Source: Vicinamibacteria bacterium | GTDB lineage: Bacteria; Acidobacteriota; Vicinamibacteria; Marinacidobacterales; Marinacidobacteraceae | Assembly: GCA_964291235.2 (NCBI GenBank) | Contig: OZ219816.1 | Span: forward strand, 1,088,001 to 1,152,000 | Length of the DNA: 64,000 nucleotides | Direction: 5' to 3' | Shown here: positions 35,935-44,402 of the stretch, in pieces | Layout: each line of letters begins with the position of its first letter | How positions within the stretch are numbered: position 1 is the first letter of the stretch | The notes under the pieces: generated by a model | What the model saw: only the letters and a program-made list of their open reading frames with translations | Databases searched by the model: none | Told to the model about the DNA's origin: nothing | Made by a program: the position numbers and the translations under genes

Positions 35935-38907
35935 TTGACGGCGATGGCCGCGGGAACGAGCGCAGAGTATCGCCACCCGCCGAACGTCGGCTCTCGCGCC
36001 CAAGCCGCAGCCGACAAGGGCGGCTCCGCACCGCGGGGGCGCTGGCGCCCGTGGCGCCTGCTTCGCATCGCGGCGGGGTTCTTGCTGCTGGTGCTCGGCG
36101 TTATCGGGCTGTTTCTTCCGATCCTGCAAGGTGTCTTGATGATCCTCGCGGGTCTGGCCGTCCTTGGGAAGGACGTTCCCTGGTCGCGGACGCTGACCGA
36201 GCGGCTCGCCGCGTTCGTGCGCCGACGCGCCGGTCGTGGCGGGGAAAACGGGGCCGCCGGCGCCGCGGCCAGAAACCCGATGACGGGCCGGGTGCCTCGC
36301 GAACGGCACCGGGCCCTCGTGCAGGCGATCCGCCATCACGACTACCAGTACTACGTTCTCGACGCACCGGAGATTCCCGACCACGAGTACGACCTGCTCT
36401 TTCGGGAACTCGAGGCCCTCGAAAAGGAGTATCCGGAACTGGTCACGCCGGACTCTCCGACCCAGCGGGTGGCCGGCACGGTCGCCGGCGGGTTTTCGGA
36501 GGTTCGCCACGAGGCGCCCATGCTGTCGCTCCAGAGCATCCATGACGAGAGCGAACTCCGTGAGTTCACCGACCGGATGGAGCGGGAGATCGGCCGGCCG
36601 GAGCTGGAGTATTGCCTCGAGCCCAAATTCGACGGATTGTCGGTGGAACTCGTTTACGAGCGAGGGACGTTCGTCCGGGGAGCGACTCGGGGCGACGGCG
36701 AGGTGGGCGAGGACATTACCGCCAATCTTCGGACCATCCGGTCGGTGCCGCTCGGGCTGGCGGGAGGGCGCCCGCCCGGGCGGCTCGCGGTCCGCGGCGA
36801 GGCGGTGCTCCCGGTCAGCGACTTCGAGCGGATGAACGAGGAGCTGGCAGGCGCCGGAAAGGACCCATTCAAGAACCCGAGAAATGCCGCCGCGGGATCC
36901 CTCCGGCAGCTGGACCCGGGCATCGCCGCCTCGCGGCCGCTCGCGCTCTACGCGTACGACATCCTGGTCTGGGAGGACACGGAACTTTCGGCCCCCGCCA
37001 CTCAGTCGGGAGTCCTGCGGACACTCGCCGGCTTCGGGTTCCGGGTGGCGCCCGAGTCCGCGCCGAAACCGGAGGCGGGGGTAGGCCGGCAGCCTGTCTG
37101 GTGGGAGGTGGGACGGGGCCCCGATGAGGTGCTTTCCTACCACCGCCTGCTCATCGGGCAACGCGACCGTTTCCGGGTGGAGCTCGACGGGGCGGTCGTG
37201 AAGCTCGATCGCCTGGCCGACCAGCGCGAGTTGGGCGAACGTTCCCGAAATCCCCGCTGGGCGGTTGCCTTCAAGTTTCCGCCGGGGCAGGCGGAAACGA
37301 CGCTCGCCGCCATCGACGTGCAGGTGGGGCGAACCGGGAAGTTGACGCCCGTCGCCCGCCTCGAGCCGGTGCTGGTCTCCGGCGTCACGGTGAGCCGGGC
37401 CACCCTGCACAACGAGGGGATGGTCCGGGCGCTCGATGCGCAGCCTGGAGACCGGGTCCGCATCCAGCGCGCCGGCGACGTGATCCCCCAGGTAGTGGAG
37501 GTCGTCTCCCGCGCGCGACCGTCGGAAAGCGCTCCCTGGGCCATGCCGGCGAAGTGTCCCGAGTGCGCAAGAGCGGTGGTCGTCGAAGGGGCCCATCATT
37601 TCTGCTCGGGAGGGTGGAGTTGTCCGGCACAGCGGAAGGCCCGTCTCGTCCATTTCGTGGGAAAGGGCGGGATGGAAATCGAGGCGCTCGGAGAAGAACT
37701 CGTTGAGCTTCTCATCGAGTGCGGCGCCGTCGCGTCACCGCGCGATCTGTATCGGTTGACGCGGGAGGAACTGCTCGCGGTTCCGCCGCAGCCGGCCGGC
37801 CGGCCCTTCGACCGCAGCGGCGCCGAAGCTCTGGTCCGCCGCCTGGGAGCGATTCGCGAGATGCCGCTCGCCCGGCTCCTGGTGGCGCTTGGCCTTCCGG
37901 GGGTCGGCCCGACGCGGGCTGCGCGGCTGGCCAGTGAGTACCCGAGTCTGGCGGCGCTCCTGGCGGACGCCGGGGGCGGGGCCGGAGCGTCGCTGGGCCT
38001 TCGTGTCGCCGAGGCCCTGGAGACGCTCTCCACCGGCGCGAAGGGCGCGTTGCTCCGTGATCTCATCGAGGTTGGCGCGGTCGGCGGCGAAGCCGGGAAC
38101 CGTGGTGCGCCGGAGAGTTTCGAGTGGGATTCCGGTGTCCTGGCAGCCACCATCGCGCGCTTGGCGGAAAAGGAGGCGTTCGATCTTCCCCGCCTCAGCG
38201 AGGCGGTGGCCGCCGACCTGATCGGCGCCGGGATGGTGAGCCGGCCAGCCGACCTGTTCCGATTGGGCGCGCCGGACCTCCTGGCGCTGCCCGAACGGCG
38301 CCGCCGGCCGTTTGCGGAGAAATCGGCCGCGAACCTGCTCCGCGAGCTGGACGAGAGCCGTGCGGCGCGGCTCGACCGCTTTTTGTTCGCACTCGGAATT
38401 CCGCATGTCGGCCAACACGTCGCGCGGGTGCTGGCAGCACGTTACGGCTCGGTGGAGCGGCTCGCCGCCGCCACTCGGGACGAACTTCTCGATGTCCACG
38501 AGGTGGGGGAGCAGGTCGCGGACGCGGTGACGGGATTCTTCGGCGACGACGCGAACCGGCGGGAACTTGAGGACCTGCGACTCTCGGGGGTGGGGCCGGT
38601 CTGGGAGGCGACGGGGGAATCCACGCTCTCGGGCCTTCGGATCGTCCTGACCGGAACGCTGACGGGTATGACGCGCGAGGAAGCCGGAGAACTCATTGAG
38701 CGGCACGGCGGGCGGGTGGTGTCGAGTGTCAGCAGTCGTACCTCGGTTCTGGTCGCCGGCGAGCGCGCCGGTTCCAAGCTCGACAAAGCACGCGGTCTCG
38801 GAGTGCCGGTGGCGGGGGAAGAGGAGCTGCGGTTGCTGGCGGCCGGGGACGTCACTCTGGCAGCGCTTCGAGAAGCTCAGGAAACCGCCGGCGAGGACGA
38901 GACGTAA
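35935..38907 (+). CDS. ligA: NAD+-dependent DNA ligase (ligase core from ATG 36280) with duplicated HhH region and in-frame N-terminal membrane hairpin
   Basis: YYVLDAPEIPDHEYD, EPKFDG, RGDGEVGED, NPRNAAAGSLRQ, PRWAVAFKF, CPEC..C..C Zn finger, HhH, BRCT (VLTGTL..GSKLDKA). Confidence 0.93.
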   Translation: MTAMAAGTSAEYRHPPNVGSRAQAAADKGGSAPRGRWRPWRLLRIAAGFLLLVLGVIGLFLPILQGVLMILAGLAVLGKDVPWSRTLTERLAAFVRRRAGRGGENGAAGAAARNPMTGRVPRERHRALVQAIRHHDYQYYVLDAPEIPDHEYDLLFRELEALEKEYPELVTPDSPTQRVAGTVAGGFSEVRHEAPMLSLQSIHDESELREFTDRMEREIGRPELEYCLEPKFDGLSVELVYERGTFVRGATRGDGEVGEDITANLRTIRSVPLGLAGGRPPGRLAVRGEAVLPVSDFERMNEELAGAGKDPFKNPRNAAAGSLRQLDPGIAASRPLALYAYDILVWEDTELSAPATQSGVLRTLAGFGFRVAPESAPKPEAGVGRQPVWWEVGRGPDEVLSYHRLLIGQRDRFRVELDGAVVKLDRLADQRELGERSRNPRWAVAFKFPPGQAETTLAAIDVQVGRTGKLTPVARLEPVLVSGVTVSRATLHNEGMVRALDAQPGDRVRIQRAGDVIPQVVEVVSRARPSESAPWAMPAKCPECARAVVVEGAHHFCSGGWSCPAQRKARLVHFVGKGGMEIEALGEELVELLIECGAVASPRDLYRLTREELLAVPPQPAGRPFDRSGAEALVRRLGAIREMPLARLLVALGLPGVGPTRAARLASEYPSLAALLADAGGGAGASLGLRVAEALETLSTGAKGALLRDLIEVGAVGGEAGNRGAPESFEWDSGVLAATIARLAEKEAFDLPRLSEAVAADLIGAGMVSRPADLFRLGAPDLLALPERRRRPFAEKSAANLLRELDESRAARLDRFLFALGIPHVGQHVARVLAARYGSVERLAAATRDELLDVHEVGEQVADAVTGFFGDDANRRELEDLRLSGVGPVWEATGESTLSGLRIVLTGTLTGMTREEAGELIERHGGRVVSSVSSRTSVLVAGERAGSKLDKARGLGVPVAGEEELRLLAAGDVTLAALREAQETAGEDET

Positions 38908-38916
38908 GTACCTGGC

Positions 38917-39117
38917 ATGGCTGCTTTCCTCCTCTGGCTGTTCCTACTGGTCGTTTGCTGGCCGCTCGCCTTGCTGGCGCTCGTCCTCTATCCGCTCGTC
39001 TGGCTCGTGCTCTTGCCGTTTCGGGTGCTTGGCGTTGCGGTGGACGGAGTCCTGTCCCTGCTCGCCGCCGTCCTGCGGTTGCCCGGGCGGGTGCTGAGCG
39101 GTCCCCAAAGAAGCTGA
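38917..39117 (+). CDS. Small hydrophobic membrane protein
   Basis: 66 aa, strongly hydrophobic (CWPLALLALVLYPLVWL); tightly packed between ligA and the amidase. Confidence 0.7.
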   Translation: MAAFLLWLFLLVVCWPLALLALVLYPLVWLVLLPFRVLGVAVDGVLSLLAAVLRLPGRVLSGPQRS

Positions 39118-39118
39118 G

Positions 39119-40681
39119 ATGACGGACCGTCTGGTGGCCGCGCGGGCGCGGGCGGAGTTGCTCCGGGCGGAAATGGAGGGCGTCGCCCGGGCGTTGCGGC
39201 GGCTGCCGAATCCTCCGGAGCCGCTGACGGCGGGCGAGTTGGCGGCGCGAGCGCGGGCGCCGACCGTGGCGCGTCCGGTTCGGGAGATTCCCGCGGCGCC
39301 CACACATTCCGCGCCGGGCAGCATCGCCGCGGCGCGTTCCGCGGTTGTGGCGGGTCGGGTTTCCGCCGTCGAACTCGTCGAGAAAACGCTCGAGCGCGCC
39401 CGCGTCCTCCGCGATCTGGGCGCGTACTTGTTGCTCCGGGAAGAGGAGGCGCTGGCGGAGGCGCACCGGGTGAACGAGTCGGCGGGGCAGGGGCGAAACG
39501 GGGACCAGCCCCTCCTCGGCATTCCGCTCAGCGTCAAGGACATCGTGGACGTCGCGGGAATGACCACCACCTCGGGGTCGAAGTTCCCGCACGACCCGTC
39601 TCGGAGCGCCCCCGCCTGGCAGGCGCTCGCCGGGGCAGGCGCCATCTTGCTCGGCAAGAACAACCTGCAGGAGTTCGCGTTCGGGGTAACCGGCGAGAAC
39701 CCCACCTTCGGCCGAACCCGTAACGCCCATGATCCGGAGCGCATCCCGGGCGGGTCGTCGTCCGGATCGGCCGTCGCGGTGGCCACGGAGGCCGCCTACG
39801 GCTCGGTGGGGACTGACACCGGCGGATCCATCCGGATTCCGGCCTCCCTGAATGGGGTGTTCGGATTGAAGCCCTCCTACGGAGTCGTTTCCCGGGCCGG
39901 AGTAACCCCGCTCTCTTGGAGCCTCGACCACGTCGGGCCGATCGCCCGGAGCGCTGACGACATCGCGCTGCTCTTCGGGGTCTTGTCGGGAGGGCGGGCG
40001 CCGCCGGCGGCGTCGGCCGACTCCGGCTCCAACCCCCTCGCCGGGGTCCGGGTGGGGGTTCCGCTCGATTTCTTCTACACCGACCTGACCCGGGAGGCCC
40101 GCGAGGCGGCCGAGGGCATCGTGACGGCTCTCGTCGGATTGGGGGCGGTCCGGATCGAGGTGCGTATTCCGGAGGTGGAGTTGAGCGGGCCGTGCCGGAA
40201 CGTCGTCGCGTTCGCCGAAGCCGCAGCGGTGCACCGGGAGCGGTTGGCGGCTCGGCCGGACGACTTCAGCGAGGACGTTCGGGGCCTGCTGGAGGTCGGC
40301 GCCCTGCTGTCTTCCGGCGATCTCCTGACGGCGCTCCAAGGCCGGCGCCTCGTGGCCGACGCCTTCACGCGGCTCTTCGAGAGCGTGGACATCCTGGTCG
40401 TTCCCTCGACGCCCGCGGGAGCTCCCGAAGCGGGACAACCGCTCGCCACCGGGGAAGCGATCCGTCCGGGGCTTATTCGCCTCGTCGGGCCGTTCAACCT
40501 GACCGGCCTGCCCGCGCTTCAGGTACCCGCCGGAACGGATGCGTTCGGGATGCCGCTCGGGGCGCAGCTCGTGGCGGCGCCGGGCCACGACTTCACCGCC
40601 ATCGGGATCGCCGCCTGGCTGGAGGCCAGCGGATACGTGCGGACACCGCGGCCGCCGATCCGACGCCCGCCTGACCGCTAG
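39119..40681 (+). CDS. Amidase signature family protein
   Basis: SVKD, GGSSSGS, GTDTGGSIRIPASLNG..GLKP. Confidence 0.9.
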   Translation: MTDRLVAARARAELLRAEMEGVARALRRLPNPPEPLTAGELAARARAPTVARPVREIPAAPTHSAPGSIAAARSAVVAGRVSAVELVEKTLERARVLRDLGAYLLLREEEALAEAHRVNESAGQGRNGDQPLLGIPLSVKDIVDVAGMTTTSGSKFPHDPSRSAPAWQALAGAGAILLGKNNLQEFAFGVTGENPTFGRTRNAHDPERIPGGSSSGSAVAVATEAAYGSVGTDTGGSIRIPASLNGVFGLKPSYGVVSRAGVTPLSWSLDHVGPIARSADDIALLFGVLSGGRAPPAASADSGSNPLAGVRVGVPLDFFYTDLTREAREAAEGIVTALVGLGAVRIEVRIPEVELSGPCRNVVAFAEAAAVHRERLAARPDDFSEDVRGLLEVGALLSSGDLLTALQGRRLVADAFTRLFESVDILVVPSTPAGAPEAGQPLATGEAIRPGLIRLVGPFNLTGLPALQVPAGTDAFGMPLGAQLVAAPGHDFTAIGIAAWLEASGYVRTPRPPIRRPPDR

Positions 40682-40782
40682 CAGCCTGTGGTGCGACGCA
40701 ACGATGAGCGCCTTATTGAGGCGCGGTTCAGCCGGGATGCATCGCCCGTCGAGCGCCGCTTGGGTTTTGCCACACGCTGCTA
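40679..40782. mobile_element. 104-bp TA-flanked miniature inverted-repeat element
   Basis: Left end TAGCAGCCTGTGGTG; right end rc TAGCAGCGTGTGGCA. It fills nearly the whole amidase-fabI gap. Confidence 0.6.
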
Positions 40783-40796
40783 AATTGGGGCGCAGG

Positions 40797-41594
40797 GTGC
40801 TACTGGAAAACAAACGAGGACTGATCGTCGGGGTCGCAAACCACCGCTCCTTTGCGTGGGGAATCGCCCGGTCCGCGGCGCGGGAGGGAGCGGCGCTCGC
40901 GCTCAGCTTCCAGAACGAGCGGCTCCGCCGGAACGTGGACAAGCTGGCGGCGCAAATCCCCGGGACCGTTACCTTGCCCCTCGATGTGTCGAGCGAACAG
41001 GAGTTGGCAAGCGCCGCGGAGACGGTGCGCGAGCACTTCGGCGGCCTCGATTTTGTCGTCCATGCGGTGGCCTACGCACTCCGTGAGGATCTGGAAGGCG
41101 ACTTCGTTTCCACCTCCCGGGAAGGCTTCCGGGTGGCGCACGACATCTCGGCGTATTCGCTCACCGCGCTCGTCCGCCACTTCGTGCTGCTGCTCGAGGC
41201 CGACGGCGGCGGGTCGGTGGTGACCCTCAGCTACCTGGGGGGCGAACGGGCGGTTCCCCACTACAACGTAATGGGCGTGGCCAAGGCCGCGCTGGAGTCA
41301 TCGGTCCGGTACCTGGCGAGCGATCTGGGCCCGCGCGGAGTTCGGGTGAACGCCATTTCGGCGGGTCCCGCCAAGACGCTCGCGGCCTCGGGAGTCTCGG
41401 GGATCGGCAAGATGGTGGAGCACTACCGCCAGTACGCGCCGCTTCGCGCCGGCACCGATCCGCTGGAAGTGGGCGACGCGGCGGCGTTCCTGCTGTCTGA
41501 CGCCGCGCGGGGAGTTACCGGTGAGGTGCTTCACGTGGACAGCGGCTTCCACGCCCTGGGCGCAACGATTCCCGGACTCGGAGCCGGGGCTTGA
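40797..41594 (+). CDS. fabI: Enoyl-ACP reductase
   Basis: GLIVGVANHRSFAWGIA, ISAYS, PHYNVMGVAKAALES, NAISAGP, VTGEVLHVDSG. Confidence 0.93.
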   Translation: MLLENKRGLIVGVANHRSFAWGIARSAAREGAALALSFQNERLRRNVDKLAAQIPGTVTLPLDVSSEQELASAAETVREHFGGLDFVVHAVAYALREDLEGDFVSTSREGFRVAHDISAYSLTALVRHFVLLLEADGGGSVVTLSYLGGERAVPHYNVMGVAKAALESSVRYLASDLGPRGVRVNAISAGPAKTLAASGVSGIGKMVEHYRQYAPLRAGTDPLEVGDAAAFLLSDAARGVTGEVLHVDSGFHALGATIPGLGAGA

Positions 41595-41612
41595 TCGAGG
41601 TAGGACGGACCG

Positions 41613-42908
41613 ATGGCTGATTCCCCGAAGAACGCCGATGAGCGGGGAGAACCGCGATTTTTGCCGGGGAACGGAAATGTTCCCACCACCAAGGCGCTCA
41701 TCTACGACTGGAATCGGCCGGATCCCGAGCGCGCCTGGCGCCCGCCCAAACCGGTCCTTCTGAACGACGAGACACTGCGCGACGGGCTCCAGAGCCCGTC
41801 GGTCGTGTCGCCCTCGCTCGAAAAGAAGGCCGAGGTGCTTCACCTGATGGAGTCACTCGGGATCGACTCGGCGGACATCGGCCTCCCGGCCGCGGGTCCG
41901 CACGTGGAGGAGCAGGTGCTCCACCTTGCCCGGGAAATCACCGACAACCGGTTGCGAATTCGTCCCAACTGTGCGGCGCGCACGGTGATCTCCGACATCG
42001 AGCCCATCGCCCGGGTGGCCGACAAGGTGGGGATGCCCATCGAGGTGGCGATGTTCATCGGCTCCAGTCCCATCCGCCAGTACGCTGAAGACTGGAATCT
42101 CGATCTGCTGCTCCGGCACACCGAGAAGGCGGTGTCGTGGGCGGTGGCTCACGGCGTGCCCCCCATGTACGTCACCGAGGACACCACCCGGGCGCGGCCC
42201 GAGAGCGTGCGCCGGCTCTATACGGCGGCGATCGAGGCCGGGGCGCGGCGCGTCGTGGTCTGCGACACCGTGGGACACGCCACTCCCGATGGGGTCACCC
42301 GCCTGCTGCGGTTCGTGAGGGAAGTAATCGACGAGACCGGAGAAGAGGTGCAGCTCGACTGGCACGGGCACCGGGATCGCGGCCTTTCCGTCCCGAACAG
42401 CCTCACGGCGATCGAGGCCGGGGCCGACTGCGTGCACGGGACGGCGATTGGGATCGGAGAGCGGTGCGGAAACGCTCCGATGGATCAATTGCTCGTGAAC
42501 TTCCGGCTCCTCGGGTGGATCGACAACGACCTCACGCATCTGCCGGACTACTGCCGCACGGTTTCGGAAGCCACCGGGGCCCGGATTCCGGCCGGCTATC
42601 CGGTGGTCGGAAAGGACGCCTTCCGCACCGGAACCGGGGTCCACGCGGCGGCAATCATCAAGGCGATGGCCAAGGGCGATGATTGGCTGGCGGACCGCGT
42701 GTATTCGGGTGTTCCGGCCGGGGACTACGGCCTTCACCAGAAAGTTGAAGTCGGTCCGATGAGCGGCCTTTCGAACGTGATCTACTGGTTGGAGCAGCAT
42801 GGCCATGAGCCGACGGATGAGTTGAAGCACCGGATTTTCCAGGCAGCCAAGGATGCCCGGCGGATGCTGACCGACGCCGAGATCGAGGCCCTGATCGCTT
42901 CCGCCTGA
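41613..42908 (+). CDS. LeuA-family DRE-TIM synthase (2-isopropylmalate/homocitrate/citramalate synthase-like) without regulatory domain
   Basis: DETLRDGLQ, CDTVG, HGHRDRG, GIGERCGN, GVHA; ends at 431 aa. Confidence 0.8.
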   Translation: MADSPKNADERGEPRFLPGNGNVPTTKALIYDWNRPDPERAWRPPKPVLLNDETLRDGLQSPSVVSPSLEKKAEVLHLMESLGIDSADIGLPAAGPHVEEQVLHLAREITDNRLRIRPNCAARTVISDIEPIARVADKVGMPIEVAMFIGSSPIRQYAEDWNLDLLLRHTEKAVSWAVAHGVPPMYVTEDTTRARPESVRRLYTAAIEAGARRVVVCDTVGHATPDGVTRLLRFVREVIDETGEEVQLDWHGHRDRGLSVPNSLTAIEAGADCVHGTAIGIGERCGNAPMDQLLVNFRLLGWIDNDLTHLPDYCRTVSEATGARIPAGYPVVGKDAFRTGTGVHAAAIIKAMAKGDDWLADRVYSGVPAGDYGLHQKVEVGPMSGLSNVIYWLEQHGHEPTDELKHRIFQAAKDARRMLTDAEIEALIASA

Positions 42909-42956
42909 ACCCGCGCGCCGGTCTTGACCGAGTCGGCGGCGCGGCCCGGGAGCGGC

Positions 42957-43169
42957 TAACTGCCTGTTGTGAAACGCGCGTGAGCACCGAGGCCCCCACC
43001 GGGAGAACTGGGCCGACCTCCAGGCCGGCACAGCGGCGCGGAGCGCCGCGGGCGGTTCCTCGCCGCTCGCGCTCACGGGGTCCCTTCGAAAGAGAGCCAT
43101 CCCGGCCACCCAAGTCCGCCCCGCCGCCCGCCTACGGCGGGCTGTGCCGGCCTGGAGGCCGGCGTTCCC
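42957..43169. repeat. Composite repeat: TIR-like end, module E (rc) and REPIN-like element C
   Basis: TAACTGCCTGTTGTGAAAC at 42957; CCCCCACCGGGAGAACTGG at 42993-43011; 23-bp inverted repeat 43012-43034/43141-43163 related to the element A hairpin. Confidence 0.75.
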
Positions 43170-43260
43170 GTGCCTTTCCGACATCAAGGCTGGTGGGGTT
43201 CCCGCCGAGAGAGGAACCATCCTGCGTCGATCTCTGCGGCGGAGGTATGAGAAATCCCGG

Positions 43261-44142
43261 TTAGCGGCGGGAGACGACGGTCGCCACTCCCTCGTGGATG
43301 AGGCGCGCGGCGAGGATGAGCGTCCGGTTGTCGCGGTCGTCCGGACACGCCTCCACGACGTCCATGCCGACGAGGCGATGTCCGGAAACGCCGATCTCCC
43401 GGACGAGGTCGAGACCGGCGCGCCCGGACAGTCCGCCGGGGACGGGATGGGCCACGGCGGGGGCAAAGGCGGGATCGAAGCCGTCCATGTCCACCGTCAG
43501 GTAGATCGCGGAACGTTCCGGGAGGTGGGACAGGAACCGAGTTCGCCGTTCGGCCTCCCAGGCCGGAATCTGGGCGACCCGGCCACCTGCCGCCTCCCGA
43601 ACGTTCCGCTGCACGGAAGTCTCCGTCCGGATGCCGATCTGGGTGACGGTCGCTACGTGGGACATATCGAGCAGGCGGGCGGCGACGCAGGCGTGTGAAT
43701 CGCGGTTCCCGGCGAAATCCGGATACATGTCGGGATGGGCGTCCCACTGCACCACGTGGACCGGTTCCCCGCCGGCATAGGCGGCCACCAGCGCGGGGGT
43801 GATCGCATGGTCGCCCCCCAGAACGAACGGGACCCGGCGGTGCGCCAGTTCCGCCCGGACCGCGGCGGTGTAGCGGCCGGCGTTCGCCGGAAAGTCGGCC
43901 GGTTCGGGGCGCAGATCACCTCGATCCGCGACGCTCGCGGCGCAGTCCACGCCGGTCTCCGAGACCGTGTTGTAGCAGTCGCCGTCGTAGGCCGCGCGAA
44001 TGGCGGGCGGAGCCTCGGCGCAGCGGTCGCGGTAGGTGGACTGGGTGGCGTCCATGACGCCGAGGAGGGAGGCGGGAGCCCGTTTGGCGGCCGCGCCGGA
44101 AGCAATAAGACCCCCGAAAGGGCTTTGGGTTGGATTCTGCAC
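43261..44142 (-). CDS. Arginase/agmatinase (ureohydrolase) family protein
   Basis: GGDHAIT, DAHPD, SHAC, DMDGFDPAFAP. Start uncertain (GTG 44142 or ATG 44055). Confidence 0.85.
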   Translation of the reverse strand: MQNPTQSPFGGLIASGAAAKRAPASLLGVMDATQSTYRDRCAEAPPAIRAAYDGDCYNTVSETGVDCAASVADRGDLRPEPADFPANAGRYTAAVRAELAHRRVPFVLGGDHAITPALVAAYAGGEPVHVVQWDAHPDMYPDFAGNRDSHACVAARLLDMSHVATVTQIGIRTETSVQRNVREAAGGRVAQIPAWEAERRTRFLSHLPERSAIYLTVDMDGFDPAFAPAVAHPVPGGLSGRAGLDLVREIGVSGHRLVGMDVVEACPDDRDNRTLILAARLIHEGVATVVSRR

Positions 44143-44164
44143 GCCGGTATGTTGGCAGCCTGTA

Positions 44165-44389
44165 TTAGCCCGTGGGGAAAGCACCCCGCACGGACCCCGG
44201 GGGATCGCGCACCCCGAGTCCGTGGTCTGCGTGGCGTGCGGGGCGCTTTCCCCACGGGCTGATGCTGCGCCTCGCTTCGCGATTCGCAGCATCGTCTTTC
44301 GTGGGGAGGGGAAACCCCTCCCTACACCCGACCCCCGCGGCGCTGCCCGCCGCGAATGGATGCCTTCCGGGTTTCACTGCAGGCTCTTA
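44165..44389. repeat. MITE-like element B, copy 2 (inverted)
   Basis: rc homolog of 28159-28364; 26-bp inverted repeat 44167-44192/44235-44260 with one mismatch. Confidence 0.85.
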
Positions 44390-44402
44390 AGCTCTCCCGA
44401 CG

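Noticed and set aside
39119-40681. Amidase as gatA
   Set aside because: No gatB/gatC adjacent and GatA-specific C-terminal motifs are not evident.
19376-44389. Intergenic repeats as a CRISPR array
   Set aside because: No regularly spaced direct repeats with unique spacers and no cas genes; the copies are dispersed and inverted.
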